DNA from: Acidobacteriota bacterium
GTDB taxonomy: Bacteria; Acidobacteriota; UBA890; WLXD01
Assembly (NCBI GenBank): GCA_965205505.1
Contig: CBDBHB010000008.1
Location: 896,001-960,000, forward strand
Direction of reading: 5' to 3'
Length of the DNA: 64,000 nucleotides
Under the pieces are notes generated by a model. That model saw only the letters and a program-made list of their open reading frames with translations. It was not told the DNA's origin and searched no databases. Shown here one piece after another: positions 38,990-49,873 of this stretch (the stretch's first letter is position 1; every line of letters starts with the position of its first letter). The position numbers were made by a program, and so were the translations under genes.

Positions 38990-39561
38990 GACTCGGCCAC
39001 GGTGGTGGAGGGTCTTGCCCTGCGCAGCGAGGCAGGTGGTACAACCTGGTTGATGGCGCCTGTCTTTACGTCGTAGACCAAGCCGGATACGACTAGCCGA
39101 TCGGGGGCACTGAGTGTGCCTCGGAGCCGTTCGACGTCGGATTGAACCGACTCCGCCGGATCAGCGATCGCCATTGCCGCTATCTCTTCAACGCTACGGT
39201 CGAGCCGTTCCGCCGCCTGCCGTTGAAGTTCCGGATTGGTGAAACGGCTCATCCCGCAATCAGTGTGATGCAGAATGACTAACTCCGTTTTCATCTTGCT
39301 GGGCCCTGGCATGTTGGCTGCCAGAACACCGAGGATGGCGAGATCTTCCAACACCGCAGGGGTTATCCTGCCGCCGGCGTTGCGCATGACGAGGACGTCG
39401 CCGAGCTCGAGGCCGAAGATGTGTGCCGGATCGACGCGGGCGTCGAGGCAAGTCAGGACGATCGTTGGCATGCGTGGTCGAATGGGGAGATCTCCTGCCT
39501 CGAACTGCTCGGCGAAGCTCCTGTTGCGATCCAGTAGCGTAGTGAATGAGTCGGAAATCAT
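38974..39561 (-). CDS. Beta-class carbonic anhydrase
   Basis: TCLDARVD, RNAGG, HHTDCG zinc motifs; stop codon supplied by the MITE repeat. Confidence 0.88.
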   Translation of the reverse strand: MISDSFTTLLDRNRSFAEQFEAGDLPIRPRMPTIVLTCLDARVDPAHIFGLELGDVLVMRNAGGRITPAVLEDLAILGVLAANMPGPSKMKTELVILHHTDCGMSRFTNPELQRQAAERLDRSVEEIAAMAIADPAESVQSDVERLRGTLSAPDRLVVSGLVYDVKTGAINQVVPPASLRRARPSTTVAESVLSS

Positions 39562-39919
39562 CTCTCTCTCCTTGGTACGCGTGTCAGGCGCTGGACCGAG
39601 TGCGAACGGGTTGGTGAACGTGGGAGGCCGGCAGAAGGAGAAGCTTCCGCTGCTCTGCAGCTTCGCGCCAGTCTCGGCTGTCGTGGGCTAGCAAGGGTTC
39701 CCGCAATATCGGGTGACCGCGATCCCGCTCCCAGCCATCGAGATCGGGGACGGGCGTCAGGATCATCTTGGCCATGAAGGCGAGAGCCTGTAGCTTCGTG
39801 CCTGCCCTTAGGCCAGGATAGATCAGATCCGGCTGTGCGATGTACCGTCGGGCCGCCGTCTCGGAAAGACTCCGGCGGCCTGCCGGTGATCTCTTGAACG
39901 TGCCTCGGCGGGACCGCGG

Positions 39920-40078
39920 CGTGAGTACCGATTCGAAGGCTTCCGTTTCGAGATCGACTCCGGCTTGCTGTATGACGGGGGGGGGGGCGAGGTGGTGCTG
40001 CCGCCGCGAGCCCTGGCGGTGTTGGTGTGCTTTCTGGAGCGGCCCGGGAGCGTCCTGACGAAGCACGAGCTGCTCGCG
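39920..40078 (+). pseudogene. Winged-helix (CadC/OmpR-type) DNA-binding domain fragment
   Basis: EYRFEGFRFEIDSGLLYD..EVVLPPRALAVLVCFLERPGSVLTKHELL, cut by an IS end. Confidence 0.65.
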
Positions 40079-40170
40079 TGTGTATTTCGGTGATGGTGAT
40101 CGCTCATTACGGAAACGTGATCAGCCATTACGGTTGATCGTGATCACCCATCGGAGCGAAGCGACGGATA
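40079..40170 (+). mobile_element. Orphan IS21-family terminus
   Basis: TG-initiated end with repeated GTGATC..CATTACGG units followed by ATCGGAGCGAAGCGACG; no istA/istB. Confidence 0.6.
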
Positions 40171-40260
40171 GGTTATCTCCTAGTGAGTGAAGCGTGCAGA
40201 GATGGTAGCCGTAGAGGCTGTGGAGCCTGTGCGACGGCTGGCATCGACCCGCCTGTGACG

Positions 40261-40395
40261 TTCCATTAGTTCCGAAGCCACTATGCCAGCGCCTACCTCA
40301 TGAACCGCGGATCGCCGACGGACTTGGCCGAACAGCTCGGCTATTCCGATACCAAGATGATCGAGGAGAACTACAAGCACTTGGTCGCACGATGG
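40261..40395 (+). pseudogene. Tyrosine integrase C-terminal relic
   Basis: FH*FRSHYASAYLMNRG...LAEQLGYSDTKMIEENYKHL: HxxR, LG(H), catalytic Y pattern with in-frame stop. Confidence 0.7.
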
Positions 40396-40650
40396 AGGTC
40401 GGAGCAGGTGCAGCGGACAGGCCGTCGCTCGGCATCAAGCGTGGCAAGGTGCGGCGAATGAGGAGACCGCGGTGAGCGTTGGACCGCTGCTGTTGGCTCT
40501 GGCACGCGAGTGTCTTGGGGGTTGGATTTAGTGATCAGGTGAAGATTGTTTGGGTGATGGTGCTTAGGGCGCGTACCATCTATCATCAGAGCTTGAAGAA
40601 ATGGAGCTGGATTTCGAGGCCTACACCTCGATCCTTGAGGAGACCTGACA

Positions 40651-41862
40651 ATGAAGAAGAGCGACCGCGAGCTGGGCATGAACCGGGAGATCAACCGTCG
40701 CGACTTGCTGAACGGAGCGAGCATCACGATCGCGGGAACGGTGCTCGCGCCGGGGGCCTCGGACGCTAGCACCGCTTGGATGGTGCCAAGTCCTCCACCC
40801 ATAGATGAACCTGTGCCAACAGGGGGTACCGGCCACTTCCTGTATGTAGCGACTCCTGGTATCAGAGATTATTTGGGCTATGGGGGTCACGGATTGCTGG
40901 TTTTTGATATAGACAACAATCACAAATTTGTAAAACGAATTAGCACCAGGGGGTTCCATGAAGATGGCAGCCCATCAAATGTCAAGGGCATTGATGTCAG
41001 CGTGCCGCTCAACAGTGTCTATATCACCACCTTGGAAGGTATGCAGCGAATAGATCTGAGTACGGAAGAGGTGCTGTGGGACATCGCTTTCGAGGGCGGC
41101 TGTGACCGTATGTCAATTTCACCTGATGGAATGACCATGTATTTGCCATCATTAGAAAAAGAGTTTTGGAATGTCGTTTATACCGAAACCGGTGATGTCA
41201 TTGCCAAGATCGTAGTAGATACCAGTGCACACAACACGATTTACGGTCCTTCAGGAACTCGAGCATATATGGCGGACTATAAATCTCCCTGGTTGTACGT
41301 TGCAGATACCAAAACGCACACAGTCGTACAGAAAATAGGCTTTTTTAGTGGAGCTGTTCGACCGTTTACCATCAAGAGCGACGAGTCGCTTGTGTTTGTG
41401 AACGTTGATGATTTGCTGGGATTTGAAGTGGGTGATTTGAAGACAGGAGAAAAGGTAGCGAGTGTTCGGGTCCAGGGTTGGGACAAAGGTCCCGTACAAC
41501 GACATGAAAATCCAAGTCACGGTATAGCTTTGAACCCAGATGAAACAGAGATATGGATTAGCGATGGCCACAATATGCGAATGCATGTTTTTAGCGCAGA
41601 AGCCCCTTATCAACAGCTCACCACCATTGCACTACGTGATATGCCGGGTTGGGTCACTTTTAGTATGGATGGTGAGTATGCCTATGCATCTAGTGGCGAA
41701 GTGATTCATGCCAAGACACGGAGAATTTTGTATTTGTTGCAAGATGACAATTACAATACCGTTTGCAGCGAAAAGATGATTGAGCTACATATGCAAGGCG
41801 GCACAGTAACCAAGGCAGGTGACCAATTTGGCTTGGGTAGATTGCATGTAGCAGGAGATTAG
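40651..41862 (+). CDS. YncE/YVTN-like beta-propeller with SpdH-type Tat signal
   Basis: NRRDLL signal; GGCDRMSISPDG, AHNTIYGPSG, SHGIALNPDE, PGWVTFSMDG blades; body is AT-rich. Confidence 0.8.
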   Translation: MKKSDRELGMNREINRRDLLNGASITIAGTVLAPGASDASTAWMVPSPPPIDEPVPTGGTGHFLYVATPGIRDYLGYGGHGLLVFDIDNNHKFVKRISTRGFHEDGSPSNVKGIDVSVPLNSVYITTLEGMQRIDLSTEEVLWDIAFEGGCDRMSISPDGMTMYLPSLEKEFWNVVYTETGDVIAKIVVDTSAHNTIYGPSGTRAYMADYKSPWLYVADTKTHTVVQKIGFFSGAVRPFTIKSDESLVFVNVDDLLGFEVGDLKTGEKVASVRVQGWDKGPVQRHENPSHGIALNPDETEIWISDGHNMRMHVFSAEAPYQQLTTIALRDMPGWVTFSMDGEYAYASSGEVIHAKTRRILYLLQDDNYNTVCSEKMIELHMQGGTVTKAGDQFGLGRLHVAGD

Positions 41863-41914
41863 GGTTGAGTAGAAATTCGGGTATCCGTCTCAACCGCTAC
41901 ATGCCAGCAATTCA

Positions 41915-42020
41915 GAAAGCGTAGTTTCGAGTACGCCACGAGCTCGCCGTCCTCGATCGTGACCGCAGTAGCCAACGGGTTGCCGTCGTCCATCGTCACG
42001 ATGTCGCCGCCCCTGATCCC
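41915..42020 (-). pseudogene. Amidohydrolase N-terminal fragment
   Basis: IRGGDIVTMDDGNPLATAVTIEDGELV directly after the SpdH-like stop, then truncated. Confidence 0.5.
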
Positions 42021-42026
42021 ACTCCT

Positions 42027-44012
42027 TCAGGTTCGCTCGGCCCAGGGATATTGGAACTCGGGCCGAATGACGTCGGTGATCAGCTCTTGGACCGCACGGT
42101 GCGCCTGGTCGAACGCCGCCTGTGTAAGACAACTCGCGGCCGCGTCGGAGTTCGCGATAGCGATCCGCCCGAACCGCTTACGGCCCAATACCCAGGGAGC
42201 CTCGTCGTACCCCCAGTCGGGGTCGAAGAGGTCATTGCCCGCTCCCGCGTACCCGTGGGGCCAGCGGTTGACGAAGATGGCCTCGATGTCCCGGGCGGGA
42301 TCGAAGCCTCCCTCCCCCAGGGCACGAGCAAGCTGATCCCTGATGCCACGCTCGAACGTTTCGAACGACATGGCCAGAAGCTCCTCCCGTACGGCCCGCC
42401 ACTGGTCCCGTACGGGGAGCCCCGGAGCGATCGGAGATGCCCAGAGCCCTACGACGACCGGTTCGTCGGGCAACTGGGCGGTCTGGTAATCCCCGAAGCT
42501 GTTGCTGTAACCGTCAAGACTGACACTTTCGAAGTAGGCGCCCGGGCAATGGATGCGCGCCACACCGAGCCGCTCGAACGCTCGCCAGCCGCGAACCACG
42601 ACGTTTCCCGCAACGAAGGGTCTGCGCACCGCCATATGCAGGTGTTCTTTCTGGTCCTCCGGCAGCTCGGGACACAGATACGGGACCACCGAGTTGTAGC
42701 ACGCCATCACGCAGGTACCTGCGCGCACGCGATGCGCCTGGCCGTCCCGTACGTACGTGATCTCCACCGCGTTCGCCTTTGCCCGTTCGCCCACGTGGTG
42801 AGCATTCACCACCGTGCTGTTGAGACGGATGCGCACGTCGTTTTCCGCCCGGTCGAGGGTCGAATACCGGACCCGCGTCGGCACCGAATCGTTCATCGTC
42901 TCGCCCGGTAGCGAACCCGGAATCAGCCAGCGCACGAGCAGGCGGGCGACGCCAGCGTTTCCGTCGGGGAAATGCATGCCATCGAACGGATTCTCCAGCC
43001 CGTGGAATCCGTCTCTCGGCGGCGGCTCCCCGAGCCCGAGGCCCTGCAGCCCGGGTAAACCGCTGTACCGGAACGCAGCCCATCCGCTCAACGTATCGAT
43101 ACCGGCGATGCCATTGGCATCCGGGGCGCGGCGCTTGAAGAAGGGGATCACGTCCGGGTGGACGCCGACGACGTTCAGCAGATAGTCCTGATAGCTCATC
43201 TTGCGGAGCCGAGCGATCTTCTCCTCCACCGACAATCCGGGGAAGTAATCCTCCTGCGTCTGGTACAGCTTCGCGATGTCCTTCTGCACCCGGTCCGAGA
43301 GCGGCGTCTTCTGAAGCCATTCCGTCCACGCCTCCGGCTCGTCCGATCCGGGCACTCCTACAACCAGCCGATCCTCACCGAACGTCTCCTCGTCGAACAA
43401 GACCGCGCTTCCCAAACCCGGCTCTCGCGCCCGTAAGCTTCGTCCCACGTTCGCACGCCTGTACACCTCCGCATCCAGACCGATGTCGTGCATCAACTCC
43501 AGGCCTTCGTACGTATAGGCTCCCGTGATGTACGTCGTGCCTCCCCAGCCGATGACCTGGCGCCCGTCGACCATGGCCTCGTTCCGCTTCGCGTGCCCTC
43601 CGAAGTCGTCATGGTTCTCCAGAATCAGGACCCGAGCCTCAGGCATCGCCTTCCGGAAGTAGTAGGCCGCTCCGAGACCGCTCAACCCGCCACCCACCAC
43701 GATCAGGTCGTACTCTTCCCCTGTTTCCTGCGGGTCGTCCCACGTCTCGCCGAGCCGCATGCCATGAGCCACCTCGAACGACCCCGGATGGCTGCCCCGC
43801 ATCCCCGTACGTGTCGGCGGATAGTACGTCTCCTGGCTCGCAGATTGATCGACAACTGGAGATGCGGCCGGAGCCAGCCGGGCATCGCGCCCCTGCGCCC
43901 CCACATCCCCCGGCGCAACGACCGCTCCCGCGATCGCGATGCTCGTTCCGCTCACGAAGTCGCGACGGTTGATTTCCCGGTTCATGCCCAGCTCACGATC
44001 GCTCTTCTTCAT
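42027..44012 (-). CDS. Tat-exported spermidine dehydrogenase-like flavoprotein
   Basis: NRRDF signal; GMRGSHPGSFEVAH, VVGGGLSGL, DDFGGHAKRNE, FPDGNA, NRWPHGY, IAIANSDA. Confidence 0.82.
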   Translation of the reverse strand: MKKSDRELGMNREINRRDFVSGTSIAIAGAVVAPGDVGAQGRDARLAPAASPVVDQSASQETYYPPTRTGMRGSHPGSFEVAHGMRLGETWDDPQETGEEYDLIVVGGGLSGLGAAYYFRKAMPEARVLILENHDDFGGHAKRNEAMVDGRQVIGWGGTTYITGAYTYEGLELMHDIGLDAEVYRRANVGRSLRAREPGLGSAVLFDEETFGEDRLVVGVPGSDEPEAWTEWLQKTPLSDRVQKDIAKLYQTQEDYFPGLSVEEKIARLRKMSYQDYLLNVVGVHPDVIPFFKRRAPDANGIAGIDTLSGWAAFRYSGLPGLQGLGLGEPPPRDGFHGLENPFDGMHFPDGNAGVARLLVRWLIPGSLPGETMNDSVPTRVRYSTLDRAENDVRIRLNSTVVNAHHVGERAKANAVEITYVRDGQAHRVRAGTCVMACYNSVVPYLCPELPEDQKEHLHMAVRRPFVAGNVVVRGWRAFERLGVARIHCPGAYFESVSLDGYSNSFGDYQTAQLPDEPVVVGLWASPIAPGLPVRDQWRAVREELLAMSFETFERGIRDQLARALGEGGFDPARDIEAIFVNRWPHGYAGAGNDLFDPDWGYDEAPWVLGRKRFGRIAIANSDAAASCLTQAAFDQAHRAVQELITDVIRPEFQYPWAERT

Positions 44013-44094
44013 TTCATATCTCCTCGAGCGTCAAGGTGTGGGCAGTGAGACAGCGCCGCTGACGCAGTGATCGAAGAATTCCCTTGGGACAACA

Positions 44095-44249
44095 CACAGC
44101 TGTAGAAGTCTGCCGTGGCCAGGCGATCCCTGTCTACCTCGATGCCCAGACCGGGTCGATCCGGTGCCACTACTCTCCCGCGGCCCAGTAAGTTGCCGTT
44201 CTTCATTCCAAACTCGAAGGCCTCCTTGGGCATCGGCGCTTCGAAGTAC
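44095..44249 (-). pseudogene. C-terminal remnant of enolase-superfamily gene
   Basis: YFEAPMPKEAFEFGMKNGNLL...RPGLGIEVD..RLATADFYS, nearly identical to the end of 52137-53447; cut at the IS3 end. Confidence 0.85.
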
Positions 44250-46763
44250 TGACCTGACCCCACGGTTAGTACCACGTCTTATCTCAGTAACTCGGTGCTT
44301 GACCCCAAGGGGTTGTTGAGTACCAGGCGAAGTTTAGGATTCGGTAGTTCCGAAGCTTCAACAACAGCCAGCCTCCTGGCGAACTCGGTGGTTCGATCGC
44401 CCAGTGAGCTGTGCGGTCTGCATGCGGTATTGTACTGCAAGCCTCCAATCTCTCGATCAGAACCTTTCGCCTCGCGTGAGCGATCGTAGAAGATCAGGTC
44501 GGCGTTGAGGCATTCGTCGCGAAGCCGTCCGTTGAAACTCTCGACGAACGCATTCTCCACGGGCTTTCCCGGCCGAATGAAGCTCCAACTGCACGCCTCT
44601 TCGGTACGCCCAGGAGTCCATCGCCTCGGGAGTAGAATTCCGAGCCATTATCGACGGTGATGACCCGTGGCAACGCCCCGGCAAACGACAGCCTACTCGA
44701 GTGCTCCAGCCACCGCCTTGCCGGTCATCGACACGCTTCCGGCTCACGTAACGGACATTCACGGCTAAACTGATCGACCACCGTCAGCACCCGAAACGGC
44801 CGGCCACTCTCGAGCCGATCGGTCACGAAGTCCATGCTCCAGCGCTCGTTGGGCCGCTCTGCGGGCGGCAGCACAAGCCGTATGTGACTCGCCCGCTTGC
44901 GCCGTCGCTTTTTGGTCCGTACCTCCAGCCCCTCCTCTCGATAGATCCGCTACACTCGCTTGTGGTTCACTACCCATCCCTCGCGGCGTACGCAACACGC
45001 ACAACCTCCGATACCCGAACCGCGGACGCGTCGCGGCGAGCTCGCCAAGACGACGCCGCAGCACGGGGTCGTCCGGTCCTTGTGCTCTGATACCGATGGC
45101 TGGTGCGCGACAACTCGATCAGCCGACACGCTCGACGCTCACTGACACGGAACCCAGTCCTGCAGGTACCGCACCACCTCGCGCTTGCGCGCCGGCTTCA
45201 CACCTTTTTTGACAGCACCTCCTGGAGCATGTGCTTGTCCAAGCTCAGATCTGCCACCAGCTGCTTCAACTTCCGGTTCTCATGGCGGAGTTGTTGTAGC
45301 TCCCGAAGTTCGGCCACAGCCCATCCCGGCGAACTTGCGGCGCCACGTGTAGAACGTCTGCTCGCTGACGCCCAGCTTGCGACACACCTCCTTGATACCC
45401 GGCGTGCCCGCCTCAGCCTGCCGCAGCGCGTAGGCGATCTGCTCGTCCGTGTACCTCTTCCGTCTTCATCTGTCCTCCTGCTTGGAGGACGACGGTACAC
45501 CGATTTCCTAAACATGTACCCTGGCACCGTTTTCGGGGTTTGGGTCATGCTGACAAGGGGTTGTTGAGGCCGGCGAAGCGGAGCGTAGCCGGCTTCAACA
45601 ACAGCGCCTCCGGGGCCGGTGGTCGGTAGCCCAACGAGCTGTGCCGGTCGCATGCGGTTGTACTGCTGCCTCCATCTCTCGATCAGAACCTTTGCCTCCT
45701 TGAGCGTGTAGAAGATCTCGCGTTGAGCAGCTCGTCTCGGAGCTTGCCGTTGAAGCTCGACGTAGCCGTTCTCCCACGGCGAGCCCGGCTCGATGAACAG
45801 CGTGCCCACACCGCCTACCGAGCCAGTCGCGAACCGCCTCGGCGGTGAACTTCCGGTCCGTTATCGGACCGGATGTGCTCAGGTATGCCCCTTCTGCACG
45901 AACAACCACCCGAGCCGCTCGAGCACGTCCTCCAGTTGAGCTTCCGTGCCACGTCGATCGCCAGGCTTTCTCGTGTGTACTCATCGACGATCGTCAGCAG
46001 CCTCATAGCCCGACCCTCGTGCGTCCGGTGATGAACGAAGTCGTACGCCCAGACGTGATCTTTGCGCTGTGGTCGCAGCCGGATGCACGAGCCATCGCTG
46101 AGCCACAGCCGGGCTCGTTTGGGCTGCTTTGTCGGTACTTTCAGCCCCTCACGCCTCCAGATACGCTGCACTCGTTTGTGGTTCACCCACCAGCCCTCCA
46201 TACGCAACTGACGCCGTCACTCGCCGATACCCGTAGCGCCCGTATTGTCGGGCTAGATCCACGATCCGCTCCGTACAACATCTGCTCATCGCCCGGTTCT
46301 CTTGGCATGTACCTGTGTGTCGTGCGTGGTTGTTTCAGTACCCGGCACGATCCGCCTCTGGAGACGCCCAGCCGCCCCCGTACAGGTGCGCCACCGCCTC
46401 GCGCCGTCGAGCTGGGCTCAGAAGTTTCCCTCCGCGACTTCCTTCAGGATCGACAGGTCGAGCTCTTTCTCCGCCACCAGTTTCTTGAGCACGGGCGTTT
46501 TCTTTCTCCAGCTGCTTGAGCCTTCTGGCCTGGTTGACCTTCAGCCCCCCGCTCCCGCAGGCCACCGATAGGAGGTGTGCTCGGTGATCGCTAGCTTGCG
46601 GCAGGCATCCTTGACCGTCCCGCCTTGCGCCTGCTCCACTTCAGCCTCCCGGAGCTTGCGTACGATCTGCTCGGCGCTGTGCCTCTTCGTCGGCATTCTG
46701 ACCTCCCCTTTTCGACCCAGATCGCTGAGATTACCTCTGGATCCGTTTTGGGGGGTCAGGTCA
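44250..46763 (-). mobile_element. Outer IS3-family element (frameshifted orfA/orfB at about 45570-46696)
   Basis: Terminal TGACCTGACCCC at 44250 and its inverse at 46752-46763; RHSAEQIVRKLRE, WAYDFV, IRSDNGPE, PGSPWENGYVE. Confidence 0.88.
44300..45547 (-). mobile_element. Inner IS3-family element nested in the outer element's right end
   Basis: TGACCC...GGGTCA ends flanked by 4-bp TGCT duplication (44296-44299, 45548-45551); [41 protein letters not shown]; many frameshifts. Confidence 0.82.
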
Positions 46764-46949
46764 GCCGACCGCGTGTGACGATCTTTTGTTGCGCCGACCA
46801 CTCGCCACCCGGGCGGCTCACCGGATCCGCAGGCAACCTTGCGCTAGCCGCTTGATGTACCCGAGTCCTAACCCAAGAAAGCGTACCCATCTGCAGACGG
46901 AAAGTACCCGCTTCCTTGCAGTTGCTCGCCGCTCTGGCCCCATGAACCT

Positions 46950-47396
46950 TTGTTGCCTTTTGCACACGTCGAGATTTGCGTTCCTAGGCCAATTTATGGT
47001 TATCCACAGTCACCAAGACACATCGGGGAGCACATCAAGAGGCGCAGGATCGGACTGGGCCTGCGTCAGAGAGACGTTGCCGAACAGATAGGCGTCACGA
47101 GTCGAACGACCATCAACTGGGAATCAGGCGAGACGCAGCCTGCCGTCCGGTTCGGCCCGCAGGTCGTGAAGTTCCTCGGATACGACCCTCTCCCCGAACC
47201 GACTGACTTCGGCCAAGAAATATGGAAGCTCCGATGGCAACGGGGTCTCACTCAGCGCGAACTGGCAGCCCAGTTACACACGGATGACAGCGTCGGGCGC
47301 GACTGGGAACGAGGAGAGCATCTGGCGGGAGCTAGGCTACGCCCTCGGCTGGAGGCGCTGATGCGGGAGTTTCTCGTCAAGGCCGAGGAGACGTAG
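46950..47396 (+). CDS. Tandem XRE helix-turn-helix protein
   Basis: [18 protein letters not shown]...NWESG and [13 protein letters not shown]...WERG. Confidence 0.75.
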   Translation: MLPFAHVEICVPRPIYGYPQSPRHIGEHIKRRRIGLGLRQRDVAEQIGVTSRTTINWESGETQPAVRFGPQVVKFLGYDPLPEPTDFGQEIWKLRWQRGLTQRELAAQLHTDDSVGRDWERGEHLAGARLRPRLEALMREFLVKAEET

Positions 47397-47548
47397 CCGT
47401 TCTCGTAACACCCACCCCCAACGCGAGAGTGGGCACCGCAACGATCGTGAGTCCTGGCGACCAGCGTAGGGCGCGGAACGCATAGCGGAGATCCTGCGAC
47501 CAGCCGCTCATCATCATCGCCATGTCGTCGTTGACGGACTTCCGCAGA

Positions 47549-48750
47549 TCAATCCTGAATCAGCTCGCGGAAACTAGGGCGATCCCGCAGGGCGATCAGA
47601 TCGTCGTCGAGCGCTGCTTCTGAGCGACTGAACCCAGCGTCGACCGCACGCGAAATGCCTTCGAGCGCGTCGTTGAGTCGACCTGCGAGAGCGTGGACCA
47701 CGGCCAGCCGGTACAGGGCGTCGGCGTTCCGCGGCTCGAGGTCGATCGCCGGCTGCGCGTGGATCGCGGCCTCAGCATGGTTCCCCAGCTTGGCCAAGCA
47801 CAGGCCCAGAAACACGGCGCTGTTCGGATTGACCTGCAATCGCTCTCGCGCGATCTCGATAGCCCGCCCGTAGGCAGCAACCGCATCGTCCTCCCGAGGC
47901 AGTTTGCGATAGGCGTCGCCGAGGTTACGGTATCCCACGGCGTCTTCCTCGAGCTCCAGCGATTCGGCGAAAGCGGCCGCCGCGGCCTCATAGTTCTCCT
48001 GCCGATAGTGAATCACCCCGAGGTTGGATAGAGAGGCTGGGCTCGCTCCGATGGCGATCGCCTTCTCGTAATTGACGATCGCCTCGTCCAGCATGTCCTC
48101 TTGGTGGTATGAGACTCCCAACATCTGGTGGCCCCAGGCAAGATCAGGCTGCAGCTCGGTGATCCGCCGAAAAGACCTCCTGGCCTCCGAAAACTCGCCC
48201 AACCTGTAGTGAAACACGCCCAGTTCGCGATGGTTTCGCCAAAAGTCCGGGCGGATATCAATCGCGGTCTTGATGGCATCCACTGCCTCATCGACCAATC
48301 CCTGGCCAGCGAGAATGCGTCCGAGAAGCCGATGCGCCTCGTCGTAGCGTGGCTGCAGCTCGAGTGCTTCGTTCAATTCCACCAACGCCTCGTCGTGGCG
48401 CCCCATACCTTCATAGATCACCGCGAGGGTCTGGCGGACCTCCGGATGCGTTGGATCACGACGTCGAGCCTCTTCGGCCGAGCTCATCGAGAGCTCGATC
48501 AACTGCTGATCCAGGGTGTCTCGATACGTTTCCCAAAGCGCCTCCGCGAGGCCTGCGTGCGCCAGCGCGAAGCTCGGGTCGCGCTCGATCGCACGCTCGA
48601 ACAGGCGGGCTCCCCGATCGAGGTTCCCGGCAACGTCGGGGCGCTCCAGAAAGGCCCGACCCTGCGAGTATTCGGCATAGGCGTCTCTGTCGCGCGTCGG
48701 CGGCCGGTTGAACCGTTCGATGTCTCCCGGCCGCAGGGGGTCCTTGCTGC
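47549..48750 (-). pseudogene. 5'-truncated TPR protein (C-terminal part of kinase/TolB-TPR type)
   Basis: Frame continues upstream of 48502 (AYAEYSQGRAFL...AIERDPSFALAHAGLAEA) without a start; many TPRs; ends [11 protein letters not shown]. Confidence 0.7.
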
Positions 48751-49504
48751 ATGCGGCGTTCTCGCTGCCCCTACGCCACTCATGCAGGTTGGTGTGATTG
48801 TCTTCGGTGGGCTTGTAGGGCTCATGTTTCTCAAATCCTAGGCATCAGCGGAACATGTGTCGCTCGGCATCAATGTCAGCCGCGGTCTCGCGGTCGCATC
48901 ATTGCTATTGTTCTTCGCCGCACTGATCGGGCTGCCAATACTCGCAACGGCATATCCGTCTCAGACGCTCGCTCTCGTCGAAAGTTTCTATTCGTCTGGA
49001 TCGCTTGTGTTTGGTGGTGGTCACGTTGTGTTGCCGTTACTGCAATCGTCTGTTGTCCCGCCCGGTTGGGTTTCAAACGATGCGTTCCTTGCCGGGTACG
49101 GTGCGGCCCAAGCGGTTCCCGGCCCTCTCTTTACGTTCGCGGCTTACCTTGGAACCGTGCTGGAGCCGGTCCCCCATGGGCTGACCGGTGGACTTATTTG
49201 TCTCGTGGCAATCTTTATTCCGTCATTTCTGCTTGTCGTCGGTGCCCTGCCATTCTGGGATGCATTGCGGAAGGCCAAGGCGATGCAGACGGCGCTTCTC
49301 GGTATCAACGCCGCTGTTGTCGGGCTTCTGCTCGCAGCCCTATACAATCCGGTATGGACGAGCGCGATTCTGTCGTCATCGGATTTCGGGCTGGCGATTA
49401 GCGCGTTTACTTTGCTCGTGTTCTGGAAATTGCCGCCGTGGCTTGTTGTTATTCTGACAGCGTTCGGTGGCTGGGCGGCCGCGGCGCTTCCGGCGATGTT
49501 TTAG
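48748..49504 (+). pseudogene. chrA: Chromate efflux transporter ChrA, C-terminal half only
   Basis: GSLVFGGGHVVLPLL, GAAQAVPGPLFTFAAYLG, GINAAVVGLL; N-terminal half missing, break near 48840. Confidence 0.8.
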
Positions 49505-49599
49505 CAAGGTTGGACAAGTGATGTTCATGAATAGGAAGGCTCACGGATATTTCTCCGCGATCAGCCCCAGGGCTCCTTCACGACGCGGTCGTGACCTAG

Positions 49600-49873
49600 C
49601 AGGGTGCTGAGTCAGAAATCCGTTGCATATTGTGGCGAGCGCGACCGAGGCGGATCCCAGGAGGCGCGACGACGGCGATGCAATAAGCATCGTCGAGGAG
49701 TGCCGACGCCGGAGGCGTCCGGTCCCGCCGCCACCCGGAAGGTTGGGCCGATATGGGGGCAATCTCGGCGTTGCGATTCGTCGACGAGGGGCGTGGCATC
49801 GCCATCCTCATCGCGCCTTGAGCTTGCCCCCATCTCGGCCCAGCAATATGCAACGGATTTCTGACTCAGGACA
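49600..49873. mobile_element. MITE-like element, family A
   Basis: Perfect 26-bp inverted repeat CTGAGTCAGAAATCCGTTGCATATTG (49607-49632 / 49844-49869); CTAG at 49596 and 49874; interior similar to the 3.3 kb copy. Confidence 0.82.

Noticed and set aside
39977-39987. G11 tract as a phase-variation switch
   Set aside because: It lies in a gene fragment already truncated by an IS end.
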